64,000 bases of DNA, from contig SVAG01000006.1 of NCBI GenBank assembly GCA_015059545.1, forward strand, positions 723 through 64,722. Reading direction: 5' to 3'. A model generated the notes under the pieces. It saw only the letters and a program-made list of their open reading frames with translations. It was not told the DNA's origin and made no database searches. Of this stretch, positions 8,904 to 17,216 are shown piece after piece (positions within the stretch are counted from its first letter, which is position 1; every line of letters begins with the position of its first letter). The translations under genes were made by a program, and so were the position numbers. This DNA comes from Lactobacillales bacterium (GTDB lineage Bacteria > Bacillota_I > Bacilli_A > RF39 > UBA660).

Positions 8904-9830
8904 ATGAATAAGATATTCAAAACTCTTGATCAACAAATTGAAATATTAAAATCAAGAAACCTTATTATAAATGATGAAGAAAGTACTAAAGATATATTAC
9001 TTAGAGAAAACTATTTCTTTATAAATGGATATCGTCATATGTTTTTAGATAGTGAAAGAAGTAGAAATTTTTTAGAAGGAACAACATTTGAAGAATTATA
9101 TGCTACATTTTTATTCGATAGAGATGTAAGAAATATAATGTTTAAACATTTACTTATAGTTGAAAATAATTTCAAATCGATTATAAGTTATCAATTATCT
9201 AAAAAATATGGGTTTAAAGAAAAAGATTACTTGGATCCAAAAAACTTTACACAAGATAGTTTAAAATCAAGACATGTTCATGATATTTTAAATAAAATGA
9301 GAAGACAAATTAGAGTTAATGGTAGACAGCATACTGCAACTCTTCACTATTTAAGTAATTATGGATATATTCCTATGTGGATCTTAGTAAAAGTTTTATC
9401 ATTTGGAATAATTGCAGAATTATATGACATTTTAAAATATGAAGATCAAATGACTATTGCAGATTTATATCATTTAGATCCAGATACATTATCAACATAT
9501 CTTCATTTACTTGCAAATTTTAGAAATCTATGTGCTCATGAAGATATTTTATACGATCATAGAACACAAAAAGAAATACCAGATAATAAATATCATTATT
9601 TATTAGATATTGAAATGAAAGATGATCATTATATATATGGAAAAAATGATTTATTTGCAGTAGTAATTATGTTAAAAGAATTATTAACTGAACAAGAATT
9701 TAATGAATTTATTTCAGAATTAGGATATGAAATAGATTTGTTAGACGGAAAAATTAATGTAATTCCAACTAATATAATTTTAAATTGTATTGGTTTTCCA
9801 AATAATTGGCGAGATATAAATAAAGTATAG
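8904..9830 (+). CDS. Abi-family abortive-infection protein, Abi_2/AbiD-AbiF-like
   Basis: N-terminal LDQQIEILKSRNLIINDEE..LLRENYFFINGY is characteristic of Abi_2 (PF07751). 308 aa. Confidence 0.6.
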   Translation: MNKIFKTLDQQIEILKSRNLIINDEESTKDILLRENYFFINGYRHMFLDSERSRNFLEGTTFEELYATFLFDRDVRNIMFKHLLIVENNFKSIISYQLSKKYGFKEKDYLDPKNFTQDSLKSRHVHDILNKMRRQIRVNGRQHTATLHYLSNYGYIPMWILVKVLSFGIIAELYDILKYEDQMTIADLYHLDPDTLSTYLHLLANFRNLCAHEDILYDHRTQKEIPDNKYHYLLDIEMKDDHYIYGKNDLFAVVIMLKELLTEQEFNEFISELGYEIDLLDGKINVIPTNIILNCIGFPNNWRDINKV

Positions 9831-9838
9831 GAGGATAC

Positions 9839-10930
9839 ATGAAAAATAAATTAAATTATTTGATAGGTATTATTATTTCGTTATTTGTAGGATGTATGTG
9901 TACATTGATAGTTTTAAATAATTTTAATTTATTAGGTAGTAATAAAAAAGAAATAATAGAAAAAACCATAAATGAAGTTAACGTAACTGAAACAGATACA
10001 CTTAAAAATTCTATTGATAAAGTTTATGATGCTGTTGTAGTTATACAAGGATATGAGAATGGTAAATTAAGTAGTACAGGTACAGGTTTTTATTATAAAA
10101 AAGATTCTAAAAGAGGTTATATAATAACTAATCATCATGTTATAGAAGATAGCGATTTAATTAAAGTAACAAATACTTCTAATGTTGAAAGTGAAGCTAC
10201 CTTGCTTGGAAGTGATGAATATTTAGATATAGCTATATTGTCTGTTGATGCAAAGGATGTTATTAAAGTAGCTAAATTAGGTGATACTTCTAAAGTTAAT
10301 GTTGGTGATACTGTATTTACAGTAGGATCTCCTTTAGGTATTAAATATATGGGAACAGTAACAAAAGGAATTTTATCTGGTAAAAATAGACAAGTAACAG
10401 TTAGTGTTTCTAGTAATAAATTTATTATGGATGTCTTACAAACAGATGCAGCTATAAACCCTGGTAATAGTGGAGGACCTCTTTTAAACATTAATGGTGA
10501 AGTTATAGGAGTTACATCTTTAAAATTAGTACAAGATGAAATAGAAGGAATGGGTTTTGCTTTACCAATTGAATCGGTAAAAAATTCATTAGAAAGTTTA
10601 GAAAATGGTAAAGAAATTAACAGACCTGTATTCGGAGTTCAATTGCTAGATGTAGAAAATAAGTCTATGCTTAGAAGATATGGTATAGAGTTAAGTGATA
10701 AAATAAATAACGGAGCAATTATAATTAAAATAGAAAAAAATACATCTGCTTCTGAATCAGAATTAAAAGTTGGTGACATTATAGTTAAAATTAATGATGA
10801 TAAAGTAAAAGATTCTGCACATTTTAGATATTGTTTATATAAATATAGTATTGGAGATACAATTAAAGTAACTTACAATAGAAATGGTAAAGAAAATACT
10901 ATAAGTGTAAAATTAACTGATAAATCTTAA
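9839..10930 (+). CDS. htrA: HtrA/DegP-family trypsin-like serine protease with a PDZ domain
   Basis: N-terminal TM helix, an ITNHHV His region, DAAINPGNSGGPLLN catalytic Ser, and a C-terminal PDZ-like region. Confidence 0.85.
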   Translation: MKNKLNYLIGIIISLFVGCMCTLIVLNNFNLLGSNKKEIIEKTINEVNVTETDTLKNSIDKVYDAVVVIQGYENGKLSSTGTGFYYKKDSKRGYIITNHHVIEDSDLIKVTNTSNVESEATLLGSDEYLDIAILSVDAKDVIKVAKLGDTSKVNVGDTVFTVGSPLGIKYMGTVTKGILSGKNRQVTVSVSSNKFIMDVLQTDAAINPGNSGGPLLNINGEVIGVTSLKLVQDEIEGMGFALPIESVKNSLESLENGKEINRPVFGVQLLDVENKSMLRRYGIELSDKINNGAIIIKIEKNTSASESELKVGDIIVKINDDKVKDSAHFRYCLYKYSIGDTIKVTYNRNGKENTISVKLTDKS

Positions 10931-10957
10931 AAGGAATTTTTAATTCCTTTTTTTATA
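10930..10957 (+). terminator. Rho-independent terminator
   Basis: aaaggaatt-ttta-aattccttt hairpin followed by a T-run. Confidence 0.75.
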
Positions 10958-11152
10958 TTCCACAATATAAAATATGTATATATAATTAATTATTACAGAA
11001 AATAAATATTATAATAATATTTTAAATTTTATAAATTATATTTGATAAAAATGTCTTAAAATGTAAAATTAAATGTAAATTAAATTAATTTTGATTGACT
11101 AAATAAAAATACATATGATATAATCGTATTAATGATAGGAGGTTTATACAAT

Positions 11153-11665
11153 ATGGAAAAGAAAAAGAATTTTGTAATCGGTACTTTACTTGCTGCAATC
11201 GTTTTAATGTCAGTAGGTTACGCAGCATTAGCTCAAGTATTAACTATTAACGGTACTGCTAACATTAGTGCTGATTGGGATGTTGAAATCACAGGAATTA
11301 CAGAAGGTACTTTAACAGGAGCAACTACACAAACTGTTACTTCAGATGCTACTTCTGCAACATTCAATGTTGATTTAGCTTATCCAGGTGCAACTGCTAC
11401 TTACGAAATAGATATTGAAAACAAAGGAACAATCGATGCTGTATTAGAAAGTATTACAGGTGTAGATGCTGCAAACACTGCACTTCCAACTGAAGTTCAA
11501 TATACAGTAACAGGAGTTGCTGAAGGAGATACTTTAGATGCTAAAGCAACTACAAAAGCAATTGTTACAGTTACTTGGGTAGCTAGCGCTGACAATACTG
11601 ATACTGTTCCAACAACAACATCAAAAACTGCAACAATTAACTTAAATTATGTTCAAAATACATAA
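11153..11665 (+). CDS. Secreted TasA/camelysin-like beta-rich protein (paralog 1) with a putative SipW-type signal
   Basis: MEKKKNFVIGTLLAAIVLMSVGYAALA|QVLTINGTANI, with Ala-x-Ala before Gln. The body is T/V/A-rich and ends ..ATINLNYVQNT. AGGAGG RBS 10 nt upstream. The ORF-track start at 11132 is an extension. Confidence 0.6.
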   Translation: MEKKKNFVIGTLLAAIVLMSVGYAALAQVLTINGTANISADWDVEITGITEGTLTGATTQTVTSDATSATFNVDLAYPGATATYEIDIENKGTIDAVLESITGVDAANTALPTEVQYTVTGVAEGDTLDAKATTKAIVTVTWVASADNTDTVPTTTSKTATINLNYVQNT

Positions 11666-11670
11666 TAAAA

Positions 11671-11699
11671 AATAAGGGACAGTAATGTCCTTATTTTTG
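11671..11699 (+). terminator. Rho-independent terminator
   Basis: aagggaca-gtaa-tgtcctt hairpin followed by a T-run. Confidence 0.7.
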
Positions 11700-11713
11700 T
11701 TTGGAGGTAAAAG

Positions 11714-12874
11714 ATGAGAAGACGAAGAAGAAGAAAAGAATTAAGTTTAACTAAAATAATTGTTCTTTTTGTTGTATGTACTTTAACTTTTAGTGTTGGA
11801 TATTCACTTTTATCTCAACAATTATCAGTAGAAGGTACAGTAAACCTTTTGTATGAAAAAGAACTAACTTGTAAGGAATATGTAACGGATGAGTTAAAAT
11901 TAACTTATGATAATAAAATGTTATGGCATAATGCAGGTTTAAATTATATGCAAATTGATATAACATTAACTAATTTAACACAAGAAGAAATGACTGACTG
12001 GAAAGTAATGATAAAGTTTATTAGTGATATTGAAATATCGGGTTCTTGGGCAGGTAATTATACAGAAAGTGATAATAAAGTTACAATAACAGGATTAGAT
12101 TGGAATAAAACATTAGCACCTGGTGGACAAACTACTTTTGGATTTCAAGTAAGTACACCTGATGAAGAAATTCATTTAAGCTCAATTTATCTTAATGGTG
12201 ATTTAGCAATACCTGGAGAATCATGTAGTAATGTTTCGGATGGAGACAACACAGGCGGAGATAACACAGGTGGAGATAACACAGGCGGAGACAACACAGG
12301 TGGAGATAACACAGGCGGAGACAACACAGGCGGAGACAACACAGGTGGAGATAACACAGGTGGAGATAACACAGGTGGAGATAATACAGGCGGAGATAAC
12401 ACAGGTGGAGATAACACAGGTGGAGATAATACAGGCGGAGATAACACAGGCGGAGATAACACAGGCGGAGACAACACAGGCGGAGATAACACAGGTGGAG
12501 ATAACACAGGTGGAGATAACACAGGTGGAGATAACACAGGTGGAGGAACATTTACTCCAGAAATAACATCTTCAAATGTAGATGTAAAAGTTACGAATAC
12601 AACTTCATGGGGAACTGAAGGGAATTATACTTATCAATATGATATTACTGTTACAAATAATTCGGATGTCAATATAGATGGATGGAGTTTTCAATTTGAG
12701 ATTCCTGATGGTGCTTCTATGGGAGATTATTGGCAATGTGAATATATAAATGCGGATGGAGTTGTTACAATATTATCCAATACAAATACTGCAAAATTAG
12801 AAGTTGGACAATCTGCTCAAATAGGATTCCACATAAAGGTTCCAACAAACACTTATGTACTTAAAGTAAGATAG
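11714..12874 (+). CDS. Secreted protein with the same SVGY..LSQ signal motif, two CBM2-like beta-sandwich domains and a (GGDNT)x~20 linker
   Basis: [35 protein letters not shown]. The first domain has ...[19 protein letters not shown], as in CBM2. The second domain has W..GW.FQFE..W...[10 protein letters not shown]. Confidence 0.65.
   Translation: MRRRRRRKELSLTKIIVLFVVCTLTFSVGYSLLSQQLSVEGTVNLLYEKELTCKEYVTDELKLTYDNKMLWHNAGLNYMQIDITLTNLTQEEMTDWKVMIKFISDIEISGSWAGNYTESDNKVTITGLDWNKTLAPGGQTTFGFQVSTPDEEIHLSSIYLNGDLAIPGESCSNVSDGDNTGGDNTGGDNTGGDNTGGDNTGGDNTGGDNTGGDNTGGDNTGGDNTGGDNTGGDNTGGDNTGGDNTGGDNTGGDNTGGDNTGGDNTGGDNTGGDNTGGGTFTPEITSSNVDVKVTNTTSWGTEGNYTYQYDITVTNNSDVNIDGWSFQFEIPDGASMGDYWQCEYINADGVVTILSNTNTAKLEVGQSAQIGFHIKVPTNTYVLKVR
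12240..12545 (+). repeat. Array of about 20 copies of a 15-bp repeat, GGAGA(C/T)AACACAGG(C/T), encoding (GGDNT)n
   Basis: Direct reading of the sequence. Two unit variants alternate irregularly. The array is in frame, a multiple of 3. Confidence 0.95.
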
Positions 12875-12883
12875 GAGTTAATT

Positions 12884-14068
12884 ATGACAAAAATTAGTTT
12901 AAGAACAATATTAATATATTTAATTGCAATTCTTTATACTGTATTTGTTTCAATATTATTTATTGATGATATTGTTTCAAGTTACAATTTATTGATAAAT
13001 CCTATCTTTTGGATAGCTTTATTTGGTTTATCATTATATTTATTTAAAGATAGTAAAACTCGAATAAAATTAAAAAAAGATAAGGTTCAAACTATATTTA
13101 TAATAATCCTTATGTACTTGATTTTCTATTTTTTATCAGGGTTATTCTTTGGATACTCTAGAAGCCCATATGCCCATTCAATAATTGGGATAATCAAAAA
13201 TTTATGGTCATTTGTAATAATAATATTTTTTCAAGAATATGTTAGACATATATTGGCAAATAATTGTTCTAAAAGAAAACTTTTCTATGTATTAACAACT
13301 ATACTATTTATATTAATTGAAATAAATTTTTATAATTTTGAAAACAATTTTGTATCAGGAGAGTCAGGTTTTAAATATATCAGTTCAATTTTATTACCAA
13401 TAATAGTTAGAAATATATTATTTACTTATTTAACACTTGAATGTGGTTTTGAGGCTGTATTAGCATATAGAATGCCAATTATGTTTGCTAATATAATATT
13501 ACCAATATTTCCTGATTTAAACTGGTTTATTATAGCTTTATATGAATTAGTTTTACCATTTGTATGTTTTATTGTTATAAATTATATGCATACAAAAAAA
13601 CAAGAAAGAATATCAAGAAGAAGAATAAGAAAGCAAAATCCAATTAAAAATGTACCATTTATATTAGTATTATTCTTATTTGTTGGGTTTGTTGCTGGTT
13701 TCTTTAAATATATGCCTATTGCAGTTATGTCTAATAGTATGTCTAATGTAATAAATAGGGGAGATATGGTTGTAGTAGAAAAATTAAGTAAAAAAGAAGT
13801 TAAAAATTTGAAGAAACAAGATATTATTGAATATAATTTAGATGGAGATGTTATTATCCATAGAATTATAGAAGTTCAAAAGCAAAAGGATGGATCTGTT
13901 AGATTTATAACTATGGGTGATAATAATACAGCTCCAGATAATAAACCTGTAAAACAAGATCAGGTTATGGGAAAAGTAAAATTTAAAGTTTCTTATATAG
14001 GATATCCAGTTGTGTATTTAAATGACTTCTTCCAAAAAACTAAACCAGATGTTGAAATGGGAAAATAA
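12884..14068 (+). CDS. sipW: Fusion protein of an N-terminal polytopic membrane domain (about 8 TM, 290 aa) and a C-terminal SipW/Sec11-type (archaeal-type) signal peptidase I domain
   Basis: The C-terminal domain has AVMSNSMSNVINRGDMVVVEK (SxSMxP..GD box), VIIHRII (His box) and FITMGDNNTAPD (GDNN box), as in TIGR02228. The preceding 290 aa are multi-pass hydrophobic. Confidence 0.7.
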   Translation: MTKISLRTILIYLIAILYTVFVSILFIDDIVSSYNLLINPIFWIALFGLSLYLFKDSKTRIKLKKDKVQTIFIIILMYLIFYFLSGLFFGYSRSPYAHSIIGIIKNLWSFVIIIFFQEYVRHILANNCSKRKLFYVLTTILFILIEINFYNFENNFVSGESGFKYISSILLPIIVRNILFTYLTLECGFEAVLAYRMPIMFANIILPIFPDLNWFIIALYELVLPFVCFIVINYMHTKKQERISRRRIRKQNPIKNVPFILVLFLFVGFVAGFFKYMPIAVMSNSMSNVINRGDMVVVEKLSKKEVKNLKKQDIIEYNLDGDVIIHRIIEVQKQKDGSVRFITMGDNNTAPDNKPVKQDQVMGKVKFKVSYIGYPVVYLNDFFQKTKPDVEMGK

Positions 14069-14075
14069 ATATGTA

Positions 14076-14102
14076 AAATGCAGTGTAAACTGCATTTTTT
14101 TT
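14076..14102 (+). terminator. Rho-independent terminator
   Basis: aaatgcag-tgtaaac-ctgcattt hairpin followed by a T8 run. Confidence 0.75.
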
Positions 14103-14159
14103 GGTTGTATCTAATATATTTGATGTGATATACTAATAACAGAATAGGAGAGTTTAGAT

Positions 14160-14672
14160 ATGACAGATAAAAAAAGAAATATACTTATAGTAGCTTTATT
14201 TGTAGCAATAGTGGCAATGTCTGTTGGTTATGCAGCATTAGCACAAGTTTTAAATATTAATGGTACAGCAAATATAGCGGCAGAATGGAATGTAGAAATA
14301 ACTGATATTCAAGTTAAAGAACAAAACGGTGCAACTGATAGAGTTAATCCATCATATACAAGTAAAACAGCAAGTTTTGATGTAAATTTAGCTTATCCAG
14401 GAGCAAGTTCTACATATATAGTAACAGTAAAAAATAGTGGAACTATAAATGCAAAATTATCTGAAATTACAGGTATAGATGCAGCAAATTTATCTGATCC
14501 AACTGCAGTACAATATACTGTTACAAAAGTGGACACTAATGATGAATTAAATGTAGGTGAAACTAAAACATTTGAAGTAAAAGTTGAATGGTTAAGTACA
14601 GATGATGGTACAAATATAACAGCTTCAAATAAAACAGCAACAATTAACTTTAATTATGTACAAAATCAATAA
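14160..14672 (+). CDS. Secreted TasA/camelysin-like beta-rich protein (paralog 2) with a putative SipW-type signal
   Basis: MTDKKRNILIVALFVAIVAMSVGYAALA|QVLNINGTANI and ...ATINFNYVQNQ C-terminus. It aligns end to end with the 11153..11665 product. Confidence 0.6.
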   Translation: MTDKKRNILIVALFVAIVAMSVGYAALAQVLNINGTANIAAEWNVEITDIQVKEQNGATDRVNPSYTSKTASFDVNLAYPGASSTYIVTVKNSGTINAKLSEITGIDAANLSDPTAVQYTVTKVDTNDELNVGETKTFEVKVEWLSTDDGTNITASNKTATINFNYVQNQ

Positions 14673-14701
14673 AAGAATAAGAGGAGATAGTAGGTGATTA
14701 T

Positions 14702-15766
14702 ATGAGTAACAATATGACTTTTCCAAAAAGAAAAGTTCTTAAAAAATGGGCTCGTTATTCTTTATTAGGAATAATAATAACATTTTTTATATCTTCTATT
14801 GTTATTATATTAACTAGTTTTAATAAACCTGATAAAAACGAAGACGTATTATTATACTCATATAATGTAAATCAGGATTTAGATTATAAAGTAAATTTAT
14901 ATGACAATAGTTATATAGAATCTAGTTATTTAGGGAAAGATGATACTTATATTTCAGATTTAATAAAAGAAATACAAATAGATTATAAGTATAAATATGC
15001 TGGTTCAAAAGTTGTTCCATTAAATTATACTTATGATGTAGTAGCGACTATAAATGGTGAATATAGTCTAGAAGAAGAAGATTCTAAAGTATGGACTAAA
15101 GAATATAAATTGGTTCAAAATAGAAATGGTAAAATTACAGACAAGACATCTATAAATATAACTGAACCAGTAAGTTTAAATTTTAGTTATTATAATAATG
15201 TAGTATCAAATTTTAGAAAAGAACTACGTTTACCAATAAAAGCCTCATTAATAGTAGTATTTAAGATAAACGTTACAGGTGAAGTATCAGGACAAAAAAT
15301 AAATGATACAAAACAAATGACTTTATCATTTCCTTTAAATCAGCAAGCATTTAAAATTACTGAAAAATATGAGGAAAACTTTAATAATAGTATAAAGCCA
15401 CCTGTAGAAAAGAAAGAAAAAGTTAATTCTAGAAAATTAATATGTGGAATTATATTATTATCAACAGCTATATTTATATTTATATTATTCTTTAGAGAAA
15501 TATTTAATATTCCAAGAAAAAATAAATATACAATTCAATTAAATAAAATATTAAAAGAATATGGAGATATCATAATCGAAGTAATAAATCCAGTAAGTGA
15601 ATTTGAAATGGATATTGTAGAAGTCAAAAACTTCAATGAAATGATAGACTTAGAAGAAGAACTTAGGGTTCCAATAATGTTCTATGAAACAATAGAATAT
15701 TTAGAAGGAGAATTTACATTAGTTCATAATAATATATTATATAAATTTGTTTTAAGAAATGAATAG
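14702..15766 (+). CDS. Bitopic membrane protein of unknown function (354 aa), a possible fibre-assembly accessory
   Basis: TM helix at residues 20-40, a central beta-rich extracytoplasmic region, a second TM at about 240-260, and an acidic C-terminal cytoplasmic domain. Its position in the locus is the basis for the accessory suggestion. Confidence 0.45.
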   Translation: MSNNMTFPKRKVLKKWARYSLLGIIITFFISSIVIILTSFNKPDKNEDVLLYSYNVNQDLDYKVNLYDNSYIESSYLGKDDTYISDLIKEIQIDYKYKYAGSKVVPLNYTYDVVATINGEYSLEEEDSKVWTKEYKLVQNRNGKITDKTSINITEPVSLNFSYYNNVVSNFRKELRLPIKASLIVVFKINVTGEVSGQKINDTKQMTLSFPLNQQAFKITEKYEENFNNSIKPPVEKKEKVNSRKLICGIILLSTAIFIFILFFREIFNIPRKNKYTIQLNKILKEYGDIIIEVINPVSEFEMDIVEVKNFNEMIDLEEELRVPIMFYETIEYLEGEFTLVHNNILYKFVLRNE

Positions 15767-15788
15767 GAAAACTATTCATTTTTTATGT
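15761..15788 (+). terminator. Rho-independent terminator
   Basis: aatgaatag-gaaaa-ctattcatt hairpin followed by a T-run. Confidence 0.7.
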
Positions 15789-15831
15789 ACAAAATTAGGC
15801 TTATTTCATAGAATAATCTAGGAGGTAAATT

Positions 15832-17187
15832 ATGGCAAAGATAGTTATTGATGCTGGACATGGAGGAGATGATCCTGGTGCTAGTGGAAATGGTATTATA
15901 GAAAAAGATTTAGTTTTAGACATTTCTAATTATATGTATGATAGATTTAGAGAATTAGGTATACCTGTTGCTTTAACTAGATCTACAGATATTACATTAA
16001 ATCCAACAGATAGAACAAATAAAATTCTAAATCAATTTGGTAATACAAGTGATGTAATTGTTATTTCCAATCATATAAATGCAGGTGGAGGAGATGGTGC
16101 TGAAGTAATATATGCGCTTAGAGATAATAATAATTTATCTAATTTAATATTAGAAAATTTTGAAGAAGTAGGTCAAAATGTAAGAAAAGCATATCAGAGA
16201 AGATTACCTAGTGATACTTCAAAAGATTATTATTTTATACATAGAAATACAGGAAATACGGAACCTATTATAGTAGAATATGGATTTTTAGATAGCACAG
16301 GTGATGATGTAAATCAATTAAAAAATAATTGGAGAAATTTAGCAGAAGCTGTTGTTAAATCAGTAGCAGAGTATACAAATACATCATATGATAAAGGGTT
16401 AGGAACTACTTATACAGTAAAAAGTGGAGATACATTATGGAGTATAGCTAAAAAATTTAATATGACTGTAAATGAATTAAAAGAAATAAATAATTTGACA
16501 AGTAATACACTTAGAATAGGCCAAATATTGAAGATAAATGAGCAACTTCCATCATCAGATGAAAATACATATATAGTAAAAAGAGGGGATACATTATATG
16601 GAATTGCTAATAAATATGGTGTTACAGTTAATGAAATAAAGAATTTAAATAATTTAATGAATAGTTCACTTAGTATAGGTCAAATTCTTAAAATTCCAGT
16701 AAATGAAGACAATATGGAAGATTATTTAATTTACACAGTAAAAAATGGAGATACATTATACGGAATAGCAAGAACATATAATATAACACCAAGTGAAATT
16801 ATTTCTTATAATAATTTAAATAGTACGGTATTAAATATAGGACAAAATTTAAAAATACCATTTAAAAATATTTCTGACGATGAACAAAATATAGAATATA
16901 TTATTTATACAGTAAAAAGCGGAGACTCTTTATATAGTATAGCTAGAAAATACAATACATCTGTTAATGAGATAATGAATTTAAATAATTTAACAAGTAA
17001 TTTATTAAGCATAGGTCAAACTTTAAAAATTCCTGTAGAAGAATCAAAAGATATAGTTTATACAGTAAAGAGTGGAGATAATCTTTATAGTATAGCAAGA
17101 AAATATAATACAACTGTTGCTAATATAAAAAATAAAAATAATTTAACAACTAATTTACTTAGTATAGGACAAAAATTAATAATATAA
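15832..17187 (+). CDS. N-acetylmuramoyl-L-alanine amidase (Amidase_3) with five C-terminal LysM repeats
   Basis: IDAGHGGDDPGA motif, then 5x YTVKxGDTLYxIAxKYN..Nx(L/I)..IGQxLKIP LysM units. Confidence 0.85.
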   Translation: MAKIVIDAGHGGDDPGASGNGIIEKDLVLDISNYMYDRFRELGIPVALTRSTDITLNPTDRTNKILNQFGNTSDVIVISNHINAGGGDGAEVIYALRDNNNLSNLILENFEEVGQNVRKAYQRRLPSDTSKDYYFIHRNTGNTEPIIVEYGFLDSTGDDVNQLKNNWRNLAEAVVKSVAEYTNTSYDKGLGTTYTVKSGDTLWSIAKKFNMTVNELKEINNLTSNTLRIGQILKINEQLPSSDENTYIVKRGDTLYGIANKYGVTVNEIKNLNNLMNSSLSIGQILKIPVNEDNMEDYLIYTVKNGDTLYGIARTYNITPSEIISYNNLNSTVLNIGQNLKIPFKNISDDEQNIEYIIYTVKSGDSLYSIARKYNTSVNEIMNLNNLTSNLLSIGQTLKIPVEESKDIVYTVKSGDNLYSIARKYNTTVANIKNKNNLTTNLLSIGQKLII

Positions 17188-17216
17188 AAGCACTTAATCA
17201 AGTGCTTTTTATTTTT
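17186..17216. terminator. Bidirectional terminator between convergent genes
   Basis: aaaagcactt-aatca-agtgctttt hairpin with A- and T-runs on both sides. Confidence 0.7.

Noticed and set aside
10135-10491. ORF 10135..10491(-)
   Set aside because: It is antisense inside htrA.
12240-12545. Possible CRISPR array
   Set aside because: The 15-bp units are contiguous with no spacers. They are in frame within a coding sequence and far shorter than CRISPR repeats.
12187-12566. ORFs 12187..12537(-), 12192..12551(-) and 12231..12566(+) encoding LSPPV/CYLHL/EITQV repeats
   Set aside because: These are alternative-frame and antisense readings of the 15-bp (GGDNT) repeat array inside the 11714..12874 gene. 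The periodic repeat removes stop codons in all frames.
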